Shown piece after piece: positions 9,433 to 21,900 of a stretch of 64,000 nt of DNA. The position numbers were made by a program, and so were the translations under genes. Where the stretch lies: positions 9,176,001 to 9,240,000 of the forward strand of contig CATNEN010000003.1 of assembly GCA_950097015.1 (NCBI GenBank), written 5' to 3'. The stretch is from Macrostomum hystrix (lineage: Eukaryota > Animalia > Platyhelminthes). The notes below the pieces were generated by a model. That model ran no database searches. It was not told the DNA's origin and worked only from the letters and a program-made list of their open reading frames with translations. Within the stretch, counting starts at the first letter, position 1; every line of letters begins with the position of its first letter.

Positions 9433-12400
9433 TGGCCAGCTGACCGAGGCCATCATGACGGCCGACAAGGCGTTCATCCCGCGAGGGGCCCGGCCGTCCC
9501 CGAAGGCCTGGTGGACCCCGGAGGTCGAGGACGCCGTGAAGAGCCGTCGGGCCGCGCGGGCCGCCGCCGCTGCCGATCCGAACGAGCGGCCGGCCTGGAA
9601 CAAGGCCAGCGCAGACGCCAAGAAGATCATCGCCGACGCCAAGCGCGACAGCTGGAGGGCCTTCGCCGGCGAGGTGGCAGCGGACACAGACCACTCCCAG
9701 ATCTGGAGAGTCGTTCGCTCCCTTGACGGCAGAAGCAACAACCTGCAGCGGGATGCAGCGCTCCGTGTGGGCCAGAAGCTCTACGTCCGACCAAAGGACA
9801 TCGCCGAGGCTTACGCCAAGGAGTACGCCGCCGTGAGCCGCCTTCCGCAAGACCGCAGGACGCGCATCCTCCGCCGCGAGAACCACCGCAGCCGCGCCGC
9901 CGCACAAGCTGACAGCCCGGAGGCAGGAGACTTTAGCAAGCAATTCTCGTCTCGCGAGCTGGACAGAGTCCTTCGCTCCCTCCCGGCCAGGAAAGCCCCA
10001 GGACCAGACGGCATCTGTGCCGAGCACCTGCAGCACCTCGGCCCCGCCGGTCGCCGGGCGGCTCTGCACGTGATCAACCAGTCCTGGGCAAAGGGGGAGG
10101 TCCCGTCTGCGTGGCGACGCGCCCACGTCGTACCGATCTTGAAGAAGGGCAAGCCGGCCGACGTGATTGGCTCCTACCGGCCGATCGCCCTGACCTCCGC
10201 CCTGGCCAAGCTGGCCGAGCGCCTGGTCCAAGCGCGGCTCTACTGGTGGGTCGAGTCCCGGCAGCTGCTGCACCCGGCTCAGGCCGGCTTCCGCAAGCGG
10301 CGCTGCACCGAGGACCAGATCGCCAGGCTCACCCAGCTCATCAGTGATGGTCACCAGGCCAGCCCCGCCCGGCGGACTGTCGTCGTTCTGTTCGACTTCC
10401 GCAGGGCGTACGACACCGTCTAGAAGCAGGGCCTGCTGCACAAGCTCCACGCCGCGGGCATCCCGGCTGCCGGGGTCCGCGGGCTCAGCAGCTTCCTGGC
10501 CGACCGAAGGGCCGCCGTCAGGGTCGACGGCGCGACGAGCAGCTGGCGGCTCTTCCGCGAGGGCTTACCACAGGGGAGCGTTCTTGCCCCGCTGCTCTTC
10601 GCGCTATTCATTAACGACCTGCCGGACCAGCTGCCGCCCGACTGCACGCCGCTCCTCTACGCGGACGACCTGGCCATTGCAGTGCAAGGCCTGACTGTGG
10701 AGGAGGCCGAGGCGAAAGCGCAGCGGGCCATCGATGCGACGGCCGAGTGGGCAAACAAGTGGCGGCTGCAGCTGGCGCCGGAGAAGTGCGCCGCATCCCT
10801 GTTCTCCACCACCGCAGGTGAGGCCAGCCGGGAGCTGCGGCTGCAGCTGAACGACGCCCCCCTCGCGACGGACCGCCAGCCCCGGTTTCTCGGCGTCATC
10901 CTGGACCGCCTCCTGAGCTTCACCGCGCACGCCGCCAACGTCGCAGGCCGCGCCCGCGCCCGGTGCGGCGTCCTGGCCGCGCTCTCCGGTAGCAGCTGGG
11001 GCGCCAAGCAGACCGACGTGCGCCGGCTCTACACTGCCTACGTGCGGCCGGTGCTGGAGTACGCGGCCGGCGCCTGGATGCCGTCGGCCTGCAAGACGGC
11101 CATTGAGCAGCTGGACCGAGCCCAGCGCCTGTGCGCGCGCGTCATCACCGGGTGCCCTCGGAACACCAGGTCGGAGGTGCTAGAACGAGAGGCCGGCCTG
11201 CCCCCGATGGCGGTCCGCGCCGAGATGCACGCCGGCCTTCTCCTCGAGCGCGCCCTCAGGCTCCCGCCCGACAACCCGCTGCTCGCCTGCGCGGCCGCCG
11301 AGGGCCCACGCCGCCGCCTCCAGAGCGCCCGAGGCTGGCGGGAAACGGCGACCAGAGTCAGCACCGACGCGGGCCTGAGCGGCTATCCGCGCGAGCCCGT
11401 TTGCGCTGTCCCCGCGACGCCTCCCTGGGCCAACCTGGACACCGTCACCTTTGGTCTGCAGCTGTCCGCCCCCTCCTCCCGGTGCGACCCGCCTGAGGCA
11501 CGGAGAGCGGCGGCTGAGCTAACGCTGGCAGGCCTGCCGCCCGCCCGCACGGCCATCTGGACTGACGGAGCGGCAAAGGATGGCGTCTCGGCCGGCGGCA
11601 GCGGCGCCCTGGTCGAGCCCGACACGGCACTGTGCGTCCCAGCCGGCCACGTGACGTCCAGCTTCCACGCTGAGCTGGTGGCCATCGCCGAGGCCCTCCA
11701 GTGGGTGTTGGCAGCACCGGACCCGGCCGAGCTGTCGCCGGTCCGCGTGTGCTCGGACTCCCTGAGTGCGCTGGCGGCGCTCGAGTCCGGCCCCGGCTCG
11801 ACGGGCGTCACCACTGCCGATGCCATCTGGGCCAGCCTCTCCCACCTCGCAGCCGGAGGCGTCGCTGTCCACCTGCAGTGGGTCCCGGGCCACGCGGGCA
11901 TCCCTGGCAACGAGGCGGTCGATGCCATTGCCAAGCGCGGCTCCGCGCTGCCGCAGGCTGAGGCCCACATCCCGCTGGCTGCGGCCCAGGCCGCCATTCG
12001 CCGCCAATGCCTCGCTCGCTGGCACCAGCTGTACCGCGCGGCGGCCGCCGACGCTGCGGGCACGAGCTCGCTGCCCTGGCACGCCGCCTGCACCTCGGGC
12101 CACCTGCCGCCTCCTCCGCCGACTGACCTCTCGCGGCGGCACGAGCGGCTGATCTGCCAGCTGCGCGCCGACCGCTGCCATGCCCTCCGGGGCTTCCAGG
12201 CCGCGATTGGCGCCCCGGTGGCCCCCACCTGCCGACTTTGTGGCGAGGGCGACGAGACGGCGGCCCACGTGCTCCTCGCCTGCCCCGCCCTGACCGCCCA
12301 CCGCTGCCGCCTCTGGGGCCCCTGCCCGGAGCCCGCTGCGGTCTTTGATTGCTGTGCTTCCGTGCTGGCCCTGCTTGGGAAGGCGGGCATCATCTGATGC

Positions 12401-12447
12401 CCGGTGCCATGGGCCCTGGCCCGCGCACGCCCGAAGAAGAAGAAGAA
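9433..12447 (+). mobile_element. 5'-truncated non-LTR retrotransposon (LINE; I-group/Ingi-like, RT + RNase H + C-terminal CCHC) with a (GAA)5 tail
   Basis: RT motifs (KAPGPDGI, YRPIALTS, QAGFR, FDFRRAYDTV, GLPQGSVLAP, YADD), RNase H (WTDGA, AELVAI, SDSLSAL, WVPGHAGIPGNEAVD) and CRLC...H...C. One in-frame TAG at 10421-10423 where Trp is expected. Very GC-rich against AT-rich flanks. Candidate short TSD agacc at 9428-9432 and 12447-12451. Confidence 0.93.
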
Positions 12448-12682
12448 GACCGGTTTCTGGCTTGTTTGCCTCCGTCAGTCAGCCATAGCCACACGCAGTC
12501 CTCCCCCACCACTCTCAGTGTGCACAGAAGTCTCTTTTAAGCTTGCCATTTTTATGGCGATATTTTTTTGTGTTATGTGAGAGTTCTGCAGCCAAGTCTT
12601 TGCTTTTCTACTGTTGTCAGTAGTCTGAATTGTATCTCTCACATAGCTCATTAGAAATTAACGATAATAAAAATATTTGCAG

Positions 12683-12870
12683 GAGGGCTGGGGGCAATGG
12701 CACATCATTTGGTGACACTAGACCCGCAGCCATGCCAGCGATAAAAAATCTGCCCATTTGCTAACTCCTGAGCACACACGCACAGAGATACCGTACGCAG
12801 GCACACACTCACACAGGTGTGTACATCTGCCCTTACTTTCGCATCGTCAGGCAGTGTACACTCTCACTGT
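12683..12870 (-). mobile_element. Fragment of the SINE family also present at 30692-30903
   Basis: 12814-12870 is the reverse complement of 30807-30863 (57 bp, 2 mismatches); 12683-12710 weakly matches the SINE tail. Confidence 0.6.
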
Positions 12871-15137
12871 TGGTTGTATATTGCAAGACAAACTCCAATC
12901 TGTAGTGTAAGCATTTGTTATTGGTCGGTATATATAGCCTGTGGTTCGTCTATTTTTAGAACAGTGCGAATTCACGCCTGGCCGGTCCGGGCCAGCCAGT
13001 TGGGCAGACGCCAACCACCCCGTCAACTCTACCCCTGGGCTGGAGTCCCGGCTAATCAGATTGTGATCCGGCCTCGATGAATTTCTACCCCGGCGAGAAG
13101 CCACCCAAAGGCTATAGGAAGTGGCCGCAAGTCTACTGCGATTCCACCCATCAGGCTCAAGCTGCCAGCCTGACAGCCACCCCGCCAACAGCCCTATCAG
13201 GGGTCAGTTCGGTATATTTAATGAAAAGCGTTTTCGCCGTGTCCGAAAACTCCTACCCATTTTCGCCTAGACCGTCTGATTCGCCTCACCTCGTGAGAAG
13301 CAAGAAAGTCGCGCTCTAAGCGTGTGATTGCCCAGCTTTGATTGTTCCATCCCATTCCAGACCACAATTATCTGCTTGTCAGTTAGGTAACTCTCGGCGT
13401 TCCGCGTCTTAAGAGTGCGCCGCTGGTCAAAAGTGGTCTAGATAGGTGCCTGCAGTCAAAGTCAGTAAGTGCTCACTTCGGAGACTCCGCAGTCTGGCAG
13501 AAGGAGAACTAACCGATAGGGTCTGTCGAGTTAAGTAAAACTGTAATTTCTCCCTTTTCCTATTCTGAGCCTCGCTATGTAACTACGCGCTAACCTGTCA
13601 ATCAATTCTGAGCAAATTATTCATCTGTGTCAGTCTCGCGTTACCGTGTTTCGAATCATCCGAGTATAAGTCGAGTAGACGTCATCTGCTCTCCAAATTA
13701 AATATACCAGTCTTTGTGTTCTACATCTTTGTTTATTTTCTCTGGAAGACTGTCGTGAGCGCCTAAATCAACTCCTCAACCCATCACCAGCATCCATCAC
13801 CGCTGCTACTATTGAACTGATTGGTAGGACACCGACCAAGGTGAGTAGACAATTAGTAACAAGCTTATTATTAGTAACTAGCGCCCCACATGAACCTGGC
13901 CTTGAACTCAGGGACTCAGTACTCTGGAAGCTGTAATAGACATAAAATTAACCCTTGAATATGTTAAAGACAAACAAACAGCATCCATATAATATAAATT
14001 TGATTGCGGCTTCAAATGGATTCTAACAAGCACCAGAAGTGTTTGTGAAAAGAAAACAAATTTTAAACCATCTATTTTAAGAGATGCATGTTTCTGACGA
14101 GTATGTTTTGACTGAAAGAAAATGAAAATTAATAAAATAAAAAGTATTGCATCATTATAGACAGAAATCAATAACTTTTATATAAACAAATGAGGCAGTG
14201 AATAAATTAGGACACTTTTTTATTTTAAATTCCCGCCATTTTTTCTTACGCGCTAGCTATATTGAGGTCGTTCCTACTCTTACCTACTATACGTTCTCGA
14301 CGAACTATAAGCGATTAAACTTCCTAACTCTTTCCCTGTTTCGCAATTAGATAGACCGAGTTCCTTAGTTATTTTCCTAATAAGAGGAAAACAGTTGAAA
14401 TACCTTTGCCTTCCCAATCCTCTCCCAAAGATCTCTCGTCGGCCTTCTTTACCCAAATCCACCCTATTATATGATCCCTTTGAAATCCCAATATACCGTC
14501 CTAAAATCCTATCTAAAAGTCCACCTGAAGTCTATCTGAAGTCCACCTAAAGTTCCCTAAATACCCCCCTGAAGTCCCAAAACTCCGCCTTTATCCCTCA
14601 TGAGACTGTACTAATCCCGGACCCCATAGAGGAAAGTAAGTGAGAGCGCGAAGGTCGTTCACCAGGCAACTTTAATCCATCCTGATACGCCCCACGGACT
14701 GTGTGCCCCAGATCAGTGACCTTAGCCCTCGTGCCAGCAGCAGTAAATTCCGCTCCCAGTGTTAGTAGCTAGTGTCTTGCCGCTCGGGCATTAGCGCTAC
14801 CTTAGGTATAACCCGAACAGCGTGGAAAATACCTATTCTCACCCTCATAACTTACGCTACCATTCCCCCCAAATACTCAGCTCACCAATCCCAAATCCAA
14901 CAAATAGAGAGAGAGCTGAGAGGTCTGCTACACAAACAACGACCACTTAAAAAGAATGTTTTTCTATGGTAACACCATCTTATCCAATTGAATGATGAGC
15001 TACATTTAAGTTGCAAGTTATTCCAGTGGTCGATGTCACAAAAAAACTGAAACTTTAAAAGACGGAATAGAAAACAAGACAACCAACTATCACCAAAAAA
15101 GATCCGACTTATTAACCAAGATGGCATTAGAAAAATT

Positions 15138-15925
15138 CTAAACTTTGATGGCTGTCGTATTTTTATTAGTATCGCCAAGCAGTTCGGCGGAAGTAGAAAC
15201 CGATTTGTTTTTATGGTCAACTGAAACAGTTGCAGTACTATTAGCTAGTTTTGTTATAGTAGAGTTTAAATTAACGGACCCATTGTGACTTTGCTGCTCG
15301 CGATGCTGTTCCATATTGTGTCGTTTAGCATTCGCAGCCTCCAAGCGTCTGAGCTGTTCCTCAATACGTCGGCCCTGCTCTCGCTGTTCCCTTAGTAATC
15401 TGGCTAGCACTTCTAAATCGTCAGACTTCTTATTGGTTTCATTGTTGCTAATTGTCGACGACGTTGTCTGGTTAGCTAGTTTTTTCGCTGCCGAGGTTGA
15501 TTCAGACTGTGGCTTCAATGTACTACTAATAGAAGTAGTATTTATGGTAGAATTTATCGTCGATTTTTCAGTCGATTTTTCAGTCGATTTTTCTGTCGGT
15601 TTTTCTGTCGGTTTTTCTGTCGATTTTTCTGCCGGTTTTTCTGTCGATTTTTCTGTCGGTTTTTCTGTCGATTTTTCTGCCGGTTTTTCTGTCGATTTTT
15701 CTGTCGACTTTTCTGTCGATTTTTCTGTCGGTTTTTCTGTCGATTTAAATGTCCGCTTGACCGTAGTTTTCAAGATCGGACCTAATGTCGAAGTCGATTT
15801 TATAATATTTTTGTGTTTTATCAGATCAATATCGTCGTCATTGGTTTTCTGTTTCGCCTTTCTGTTGACCTGCACTTCGTCGCGCTCCAGGTGTGGCAAT
15901 GGTGGCTCTTGACGACTGTCAGAGT
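15138..15925 (-). CDS. SLC38A10: SLC38A10 last exon (hydrophilic tail with TEKS/TEKP repeat and a coiled coil)
   Basis: Acceptor gattcag in phase 1 gives [11 protein letters not shown]; ends at TAG. Confidence 0.7.
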
Positions 15926-18900
15926 CTGAATCGAAGGGTCGGATATAGTTTTCATAAATAGAAAAAAGTGGATCGTTGAAAAATTGCAAAAGTAGCTTAG
16001 CTAGGATTCCAAAGAAATCTCAATCTAAAATTATCCCTCCAAATTATTTAGAAAAAAATAAATAAACCTGGCTCCCTTTCTAAGAAATCCCTCACTGATT
16101 AGCGACTTTAAGAAACCTCGACCTTATCGATTTTAATTCTAAAAAATCGTAAACTAATCGAAGGAAATATTCTATTTTAAGAAACGTAAAAACTTTTAAA
16201 GCGATTTCTAGGAAATCTAAAGTGAATAATGCTTAATTCCAAAAGTTTTTAGATTGATTCTTTACCGGCAAAACCGGTCAATTTTTTATCTACTTTTTTT
16301 TAAATAATTAGCTCAAATGTTTTTGAGCTAAAAATTCATTCAATACTACTAGACTAAATGGCTCAGTAGTAAGTGTGTGGGTAGTAGAAATTTATCCACA
16401 CAGTAATGCATAAAAGCTATCCAACACTGTTTTAAGAAAAATAATCCCAAAAACAATTAACAGGAGGAGAACGAAAGACAAATTCGACAATTTAGAATTC
16501 TAGAGATTTCAGATAATTAAATAATAAATTTGTTTCACTTCACAGTTCAGTGAGTCGATTGATTTTTTCTTGCCTGTTATTCAATGCAATATAAATTAAA
16601 AAATAGATTGAATTTGATTGAAATTGACTTAAATCAAATGGAAAATGAGACACTAAAAATGGCAATTTAACAGATAATCTGATCTCAATCCATTTTAATT
16701 GACACTACGCCCGTAAATAGTCTAAAATTTAATTATTACAACGCCTTATTGAATTTAAATCACAATTTCTATTCGGAGAAAAAAATTAGCAAACGCTTTA
16801 ACTGATACAGTACTTCATTTCCTGCAAATTTCTTTCGAATTATGGGAAATCTGAGTATATGTAAGAAATAGATTAATTTTAATTACCTTTCTACCCTTCT
16901 CTTCTTACAACCCTTACTTTTCTCCCTTCAACCCTTCTTTTTCCCTTCAACCCTTCCTTTTCTCCCTTCAACCCTTCCTTTTCTCCCATCAACCCTTCTT
17001 TTTCCCTTCAACCCTTCTTTTTCCATTCAACCCTTCCTTTTCTACCTTTAACCCTTCCTTTTCTCTCATCAACTCATTTCACTCATTTCCCTTCTTTTTC
17101 CCTTCAACCCTTCTTTTTCCATTCAACCCTTCCTTTTCTACCTTTAACCCTTCCTTTTCTCTCATCAACCCTTCTTTTTCCCTTCAACCCTTCTTTTTCC
17201 ATTCAACCCTTCTTTTTCTCCCTTCAACCCTTCCTTTTCTCTCATCAACCCTTCTTTTTCCCTTCAACCCTTCTTTTTCTCTCATCAACCCTTCTTTTTC
17301 CCTTCAACCCTTCTTTTTCTCCCTTCAACCCTTCTTTTTCTCCCTTCAACCCTTCCTTTTCTACCTTTAACCCTTCCTTTTCTTATTTCAACCCTCTCTT
17401 TTCTCCCTTCAACTCTTCCTTGTTTTCCTTCAACCTACCTTCCTTCCGTCCGTCCAATCCTTCCTTATCTCATTTAAACTCTTTCAATTTTTGTGCCCCT
17501 TCAAACCCAAAATCAACGAACACAGTAAAGCTACTGACCTTCAATTTTATTCTGTAACTTCTTTTTCATCAATTTTTCCATTGGCCGACTAGTAGTGGCT
17601 GGGGCTGTTGTCGTAAGCTTTTGGGACATTGCGATTGGCAGAGATTTCTGAAGAGTCTGATGCTTTAGTGGAGAATTGACCGCTAGCTTATTGTGATCGG
17701 CTATGTCGCCGGGGCTAGCCAATAGGGTGGCAGCTGTGCCAATGCACAGAATCGCCACCCCAAGCCATTTAATTAGGCAGCCAGTCGAGCATAGTCGTCT
17801 GCGATCGCCGCTGAATGTGTTCAAGTAGATGCCGGCGGGCAGAATGTAGCAGATCACGGAGCCAGTGATTGCGCCGGTTAGGTTGAGAATGAACTCCACT
17901 GAAATTTTAGGAGGGGGGTGGGTACCACAAAGATTGACCAATTAGAGAGCAAGGAGAGCATTTTCAAACTGACCAATCAGAGAGCAAGGCGAGCATTTTC
18001 AGACTGACCAATCAGAGAGCAAGGAGAGCATTTTCAGACTGACCAACGAGAGAGCCAATAATTCTTAACCAAATAGTGTTCTTTCAAACTGTTGATTATA
18101 TTAACTTGCCATTTGGTATAAGAAGTCCGCCAATCAATGTTCCGAGCACAATAACCGCGGTAATGCAGCGAAATTTTGAATCCGGTATGTACACACGACC
18201 GCCTGTGATGTCGGAGGGACCAGAAACACCGCTACCACCACCGCTTGACCTGTGATGATGCTGGACATTGGACAGAGATTGAGAGATAGTTCGTATTAGA
18301 TAAACGCAAAGATTATAAATACCCTTTTATTTATAATCTTTATAATCTTTGGATGAACTATACAATTGAGGGTCATAGGTCATAGACATGTCAATTTAGG
18401 GTCATAGAAGACTATTTAATAAAGGGTCATAGACAGTGCAATCAAGGGTCATAGACAGTCTAATCAAAGGTCATAGACAGTTCAATTAAGGGTCATAGTG
18501 GGCCTCCTTAATCCACAGATTTAACAGCTGTTTAGTTTATAAATTCTCCCAAGGCCCACAAACTTTAGCGCAAACTAAGCCATTTTTTCAGTTAAATAGT
18601 TTCAAAACATATCGAATTGTCTAATATGTATGTTAAGTCCAAATTCTAGGATATATTTAGACTCGCACGAAATCCGTTAGAATACGATTTTACACGAGTG
18701 ATTCCATTGTTGCCAACTCAATTAGCTGCTCACGACTGTTGTATTTTTAGAAAGGGAAGGAGAAAGGGAAAGGGTAGAAAGGGAAATGGGAGAAATAACA
18801 GTGGGTATAAAGGGAAATGGGAGATATATAACAGTGGGGAGAAAGGGAAAGGGGAGGAAGGGAAAGGGGAGGAAGGGAAAGGGGAGGAAGGGAAAGGGGA

Positions 18901-21900
18901 GGAAGGGAAAGGGGAGGAAGGGAAAGGGGAGGAAGGGAAAGGGGAGGAAGGGAAAGGGGAGGAAGGGAAAGGGAAGGAAGGGAAAGGGGAGGAAGGGAAA
19001 GGGGAGAAAGGGAAAGGAGAGAAAGGGAAAGGGAAGAAAAAGAAAGTGGGAGAAAAAGAGTGGAGGAGAAAGAGAAGTCAATGAAATCTTAGTAATGAAC
19101 GAGCTGAGTAATATTCTTGAGTTGTTAGAAGAGCGGATCAAGGAGAATAATTTAATTAATACTCGTAGATTAGCATAGCTAACAAATTCCATTTAAAATA
19201 ATTAAGAATTCATAAAAATGAAGTGGAAAGAAAAAATTATGCTCCTTGAAAATTGTGTAGCTTCTGTTTGCAGGGGCGCAATAAACTACAGGTCAACTAC
19301 AGGCTAACCTAAATTCAATTTTCTTCTCTCTGTTTAATCTCATTTTGCCAATTGAAAAAAAATGAGCCCGCATAGTACAATGGAATCTAAGGAATAGATA
19401 GCTTGAGCGTATGCTTGACAAATGTTCTCAAAGAACGAGATAAAATGTTTTATAAGATTAGAAAGCAGTTTGAACTATAGAGTGCCACCTGGTAGATTAA
19501 ATAACACAAGCACACAAATGCTATTTCATGGACTGGGCCGCAAGTCTGTGTGCTAGTCCGAATTGGAGAATTTGTGACCTTACAACCTACGGACTTTTGA
19601 ACCTTGGGATCCTTGATCTTTGAACCCTGGGATCTTTGAAAATAGGGATCTTTGAACCTTGGGATCTTTGAACCTAGGGATCTTTGAACCTTGGGATCTT
19701 TGAACCCTGGGATCTTTGAAAATAGGGATCTTTGAACCTTGGGATCTTTGAACCTAGGGATCTTTGAACCTTGGGATCTTTGAACCTTGGAATCTTTGAA
19801 CCTTGGAATCTTTGAACCTAGGGATCTTTGAACCTTGGGATCTTTGAACCTAGGGATCTTTGAACCTTGGAATCTTTGAACCTAGGGATCTTTGAACCTT
19901 GGAATCTTTGAACCTAGGGATTTTTGAACCTTGGAATCTTTGAACCTAGGGATCTTTGAACCTTGGAATCTTTGAACCTAGGGATCTTTGAACCTTGGAA
20001 TCTTTGAACCTAGGGATCTTTGAACCTTGGAATCTTTGAACCTAGGGATCTTTGAACCTTGGAATCTTTGAACCTAGGGATCTTTGAACCTTGGAATCTT
20101 TGAACCTAGGGATCTTTGAACCTTGGAATCTTTGAACCTAGGGATCTTTGAACCTAGGGATCTTTGAACCTTGGGATCTTTGAACCTAGGGATCTTTGAA
20201 CCTTGGAATCTTTGAACCTAGGGATCTTTGAACCTAGGGATCTTTGAACCTTGGAATCTTTGAACCTAGGGATCTTTGAACCTTGGAATCTTTGAACCTT
20301 GGGATCTTTGAACCTTGGAATCTTTGAACCTTGGGATCTTTGAACCTTGGGATCTTTGAACCTAGGGATCTTTGAACCTTGGAATCTTTGAACCTAGGGA
20401 TCTTTGAACCTTGGAATCTTTGAACCTAGGGATCTTTGAACCTTGGAATCTTTGAACCTAGGGATCTTTGAACCTTGGAATCTTTGAACCTAGGGATCTT
20501 TGAACCTTGGAATCTTTGAACCTAGGGATCTTTGAACCTTGGAATCTTTGAACCTAGGGATCTTTGAACCTAGGGATCTTTGAACCTTGGGATCTTTGAA
20601 CCTAGGGATCTTTGAACCTTGGAATCTTTGAACCTAGGGATCTTTGAACCTAGGGATCTTTGAACCTTGGAATCTTTGAACCTAGGGATCTTTGAACCTT
20701 GGAATCTTTGAACCTAGGGATCTTTGAACCTTGGAATCTTTGAACCTAGGGATCTTTGAACCTTGGGATCTTTGAACCTAGGGATCTTTGAACCTTGGGA
20801 TCTTTGAACCCTGGGATCTTTGAAAATAGGGATCTTTGAACCTTGGGATCTTTGAACCTAGGGATCTTTGAACCTTGGGATCTTTGAACCTTGGAATCTT
20901 TGAACCTTGGAATCTTTGAACCTAGGGATCTTTGAACCTTGGGATCTTTGAACCTAGGGATCTTTGAACCTTGGAATCTTTGAACCTAGGGATCTTTGAA
21001 CCTTGGAATCTTTGAACCTAGGGATTTTTGAACCTTGGAATCTTTGAACCTAGGGATCTTTGAACCTTGGAATCTTTGAACCTAGGGATCTTTGAACCTT
21101 GGAATCTTTGAACCTAGGGATCTTTGAACCTTGGAATCTTTGAACCTAGGGATCTTTGAACCTTGGAATCTTTGAACCTAGGGATCTTTGAACCTTGGAA
21201 TCTTTGAACCTAGGGATCTTTGAACCTTGGAATCTTTGAACCTAGGGATCTTTGAACCTAGGGATCTTTGAACCTTGGGATCTTTGAACCTAGGGATCTT
21301 TGAACCTTGGAATCTTTGAACCTAGGGATCTTTGAACCTAGGGATCTTTGAACCTTGGAATCTTTGAACCTAGGGATCTTTGAACCTTGGAATCTTTGAA
21401 CCTTGGGATCTTTGAACCTTGGAATCTTTGAACCTTGGGATCTTTGAACCTTGGGATCTTTGAACCTAGGGATCTTTGAACCTTGGAATCTTTGAACCTT
21501 GGGATCTTTGAACCTTGGGATCTTTGAACCTAGGGATCTTTGAACCTTGGAATCTTTGAACCTAGGGATCTTTGAACCTTGGAATCTTTGAACCTAGGGA
21601 TCTTTGAACCTTGGAATCTTTGAACCTAGGGATCTTTGAACCTTGGAATCTTTGAACCTAGGGATCTTTGAACCTAGGGATCTTTGAACCTTGGGATCTT
21701 TGAACCTAGGGATCTTTGAACCTTGGAATCTTTGAACCTAGGGATCTTTGAACCTAGGGATCTTTGAACCTTGGAATCTTTGAACCTAGGGATCTTTGAA
21801 CCTTGGAATCTTTGAACCTAGGGATCTTTGAACCTTGGAATCTTTGAACCTAGGGATCTTTGAACCTTGGGATCTTTGAACCTAGGGATCTTTGAACCTT

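Noticed and set aside
9376-12393. Antisense and alternative-frame ORFs over the LINE
   Set aside because: Expected shadows of very GC-rich coding sequence.
12900-14890. Possible solo LTR or other TE remnant (TATA-like, attaaa, ...cccaca end at 13890)
   Set aside because: I could not find matching termini with a target-site duplication or any coding homology; left unannotated.
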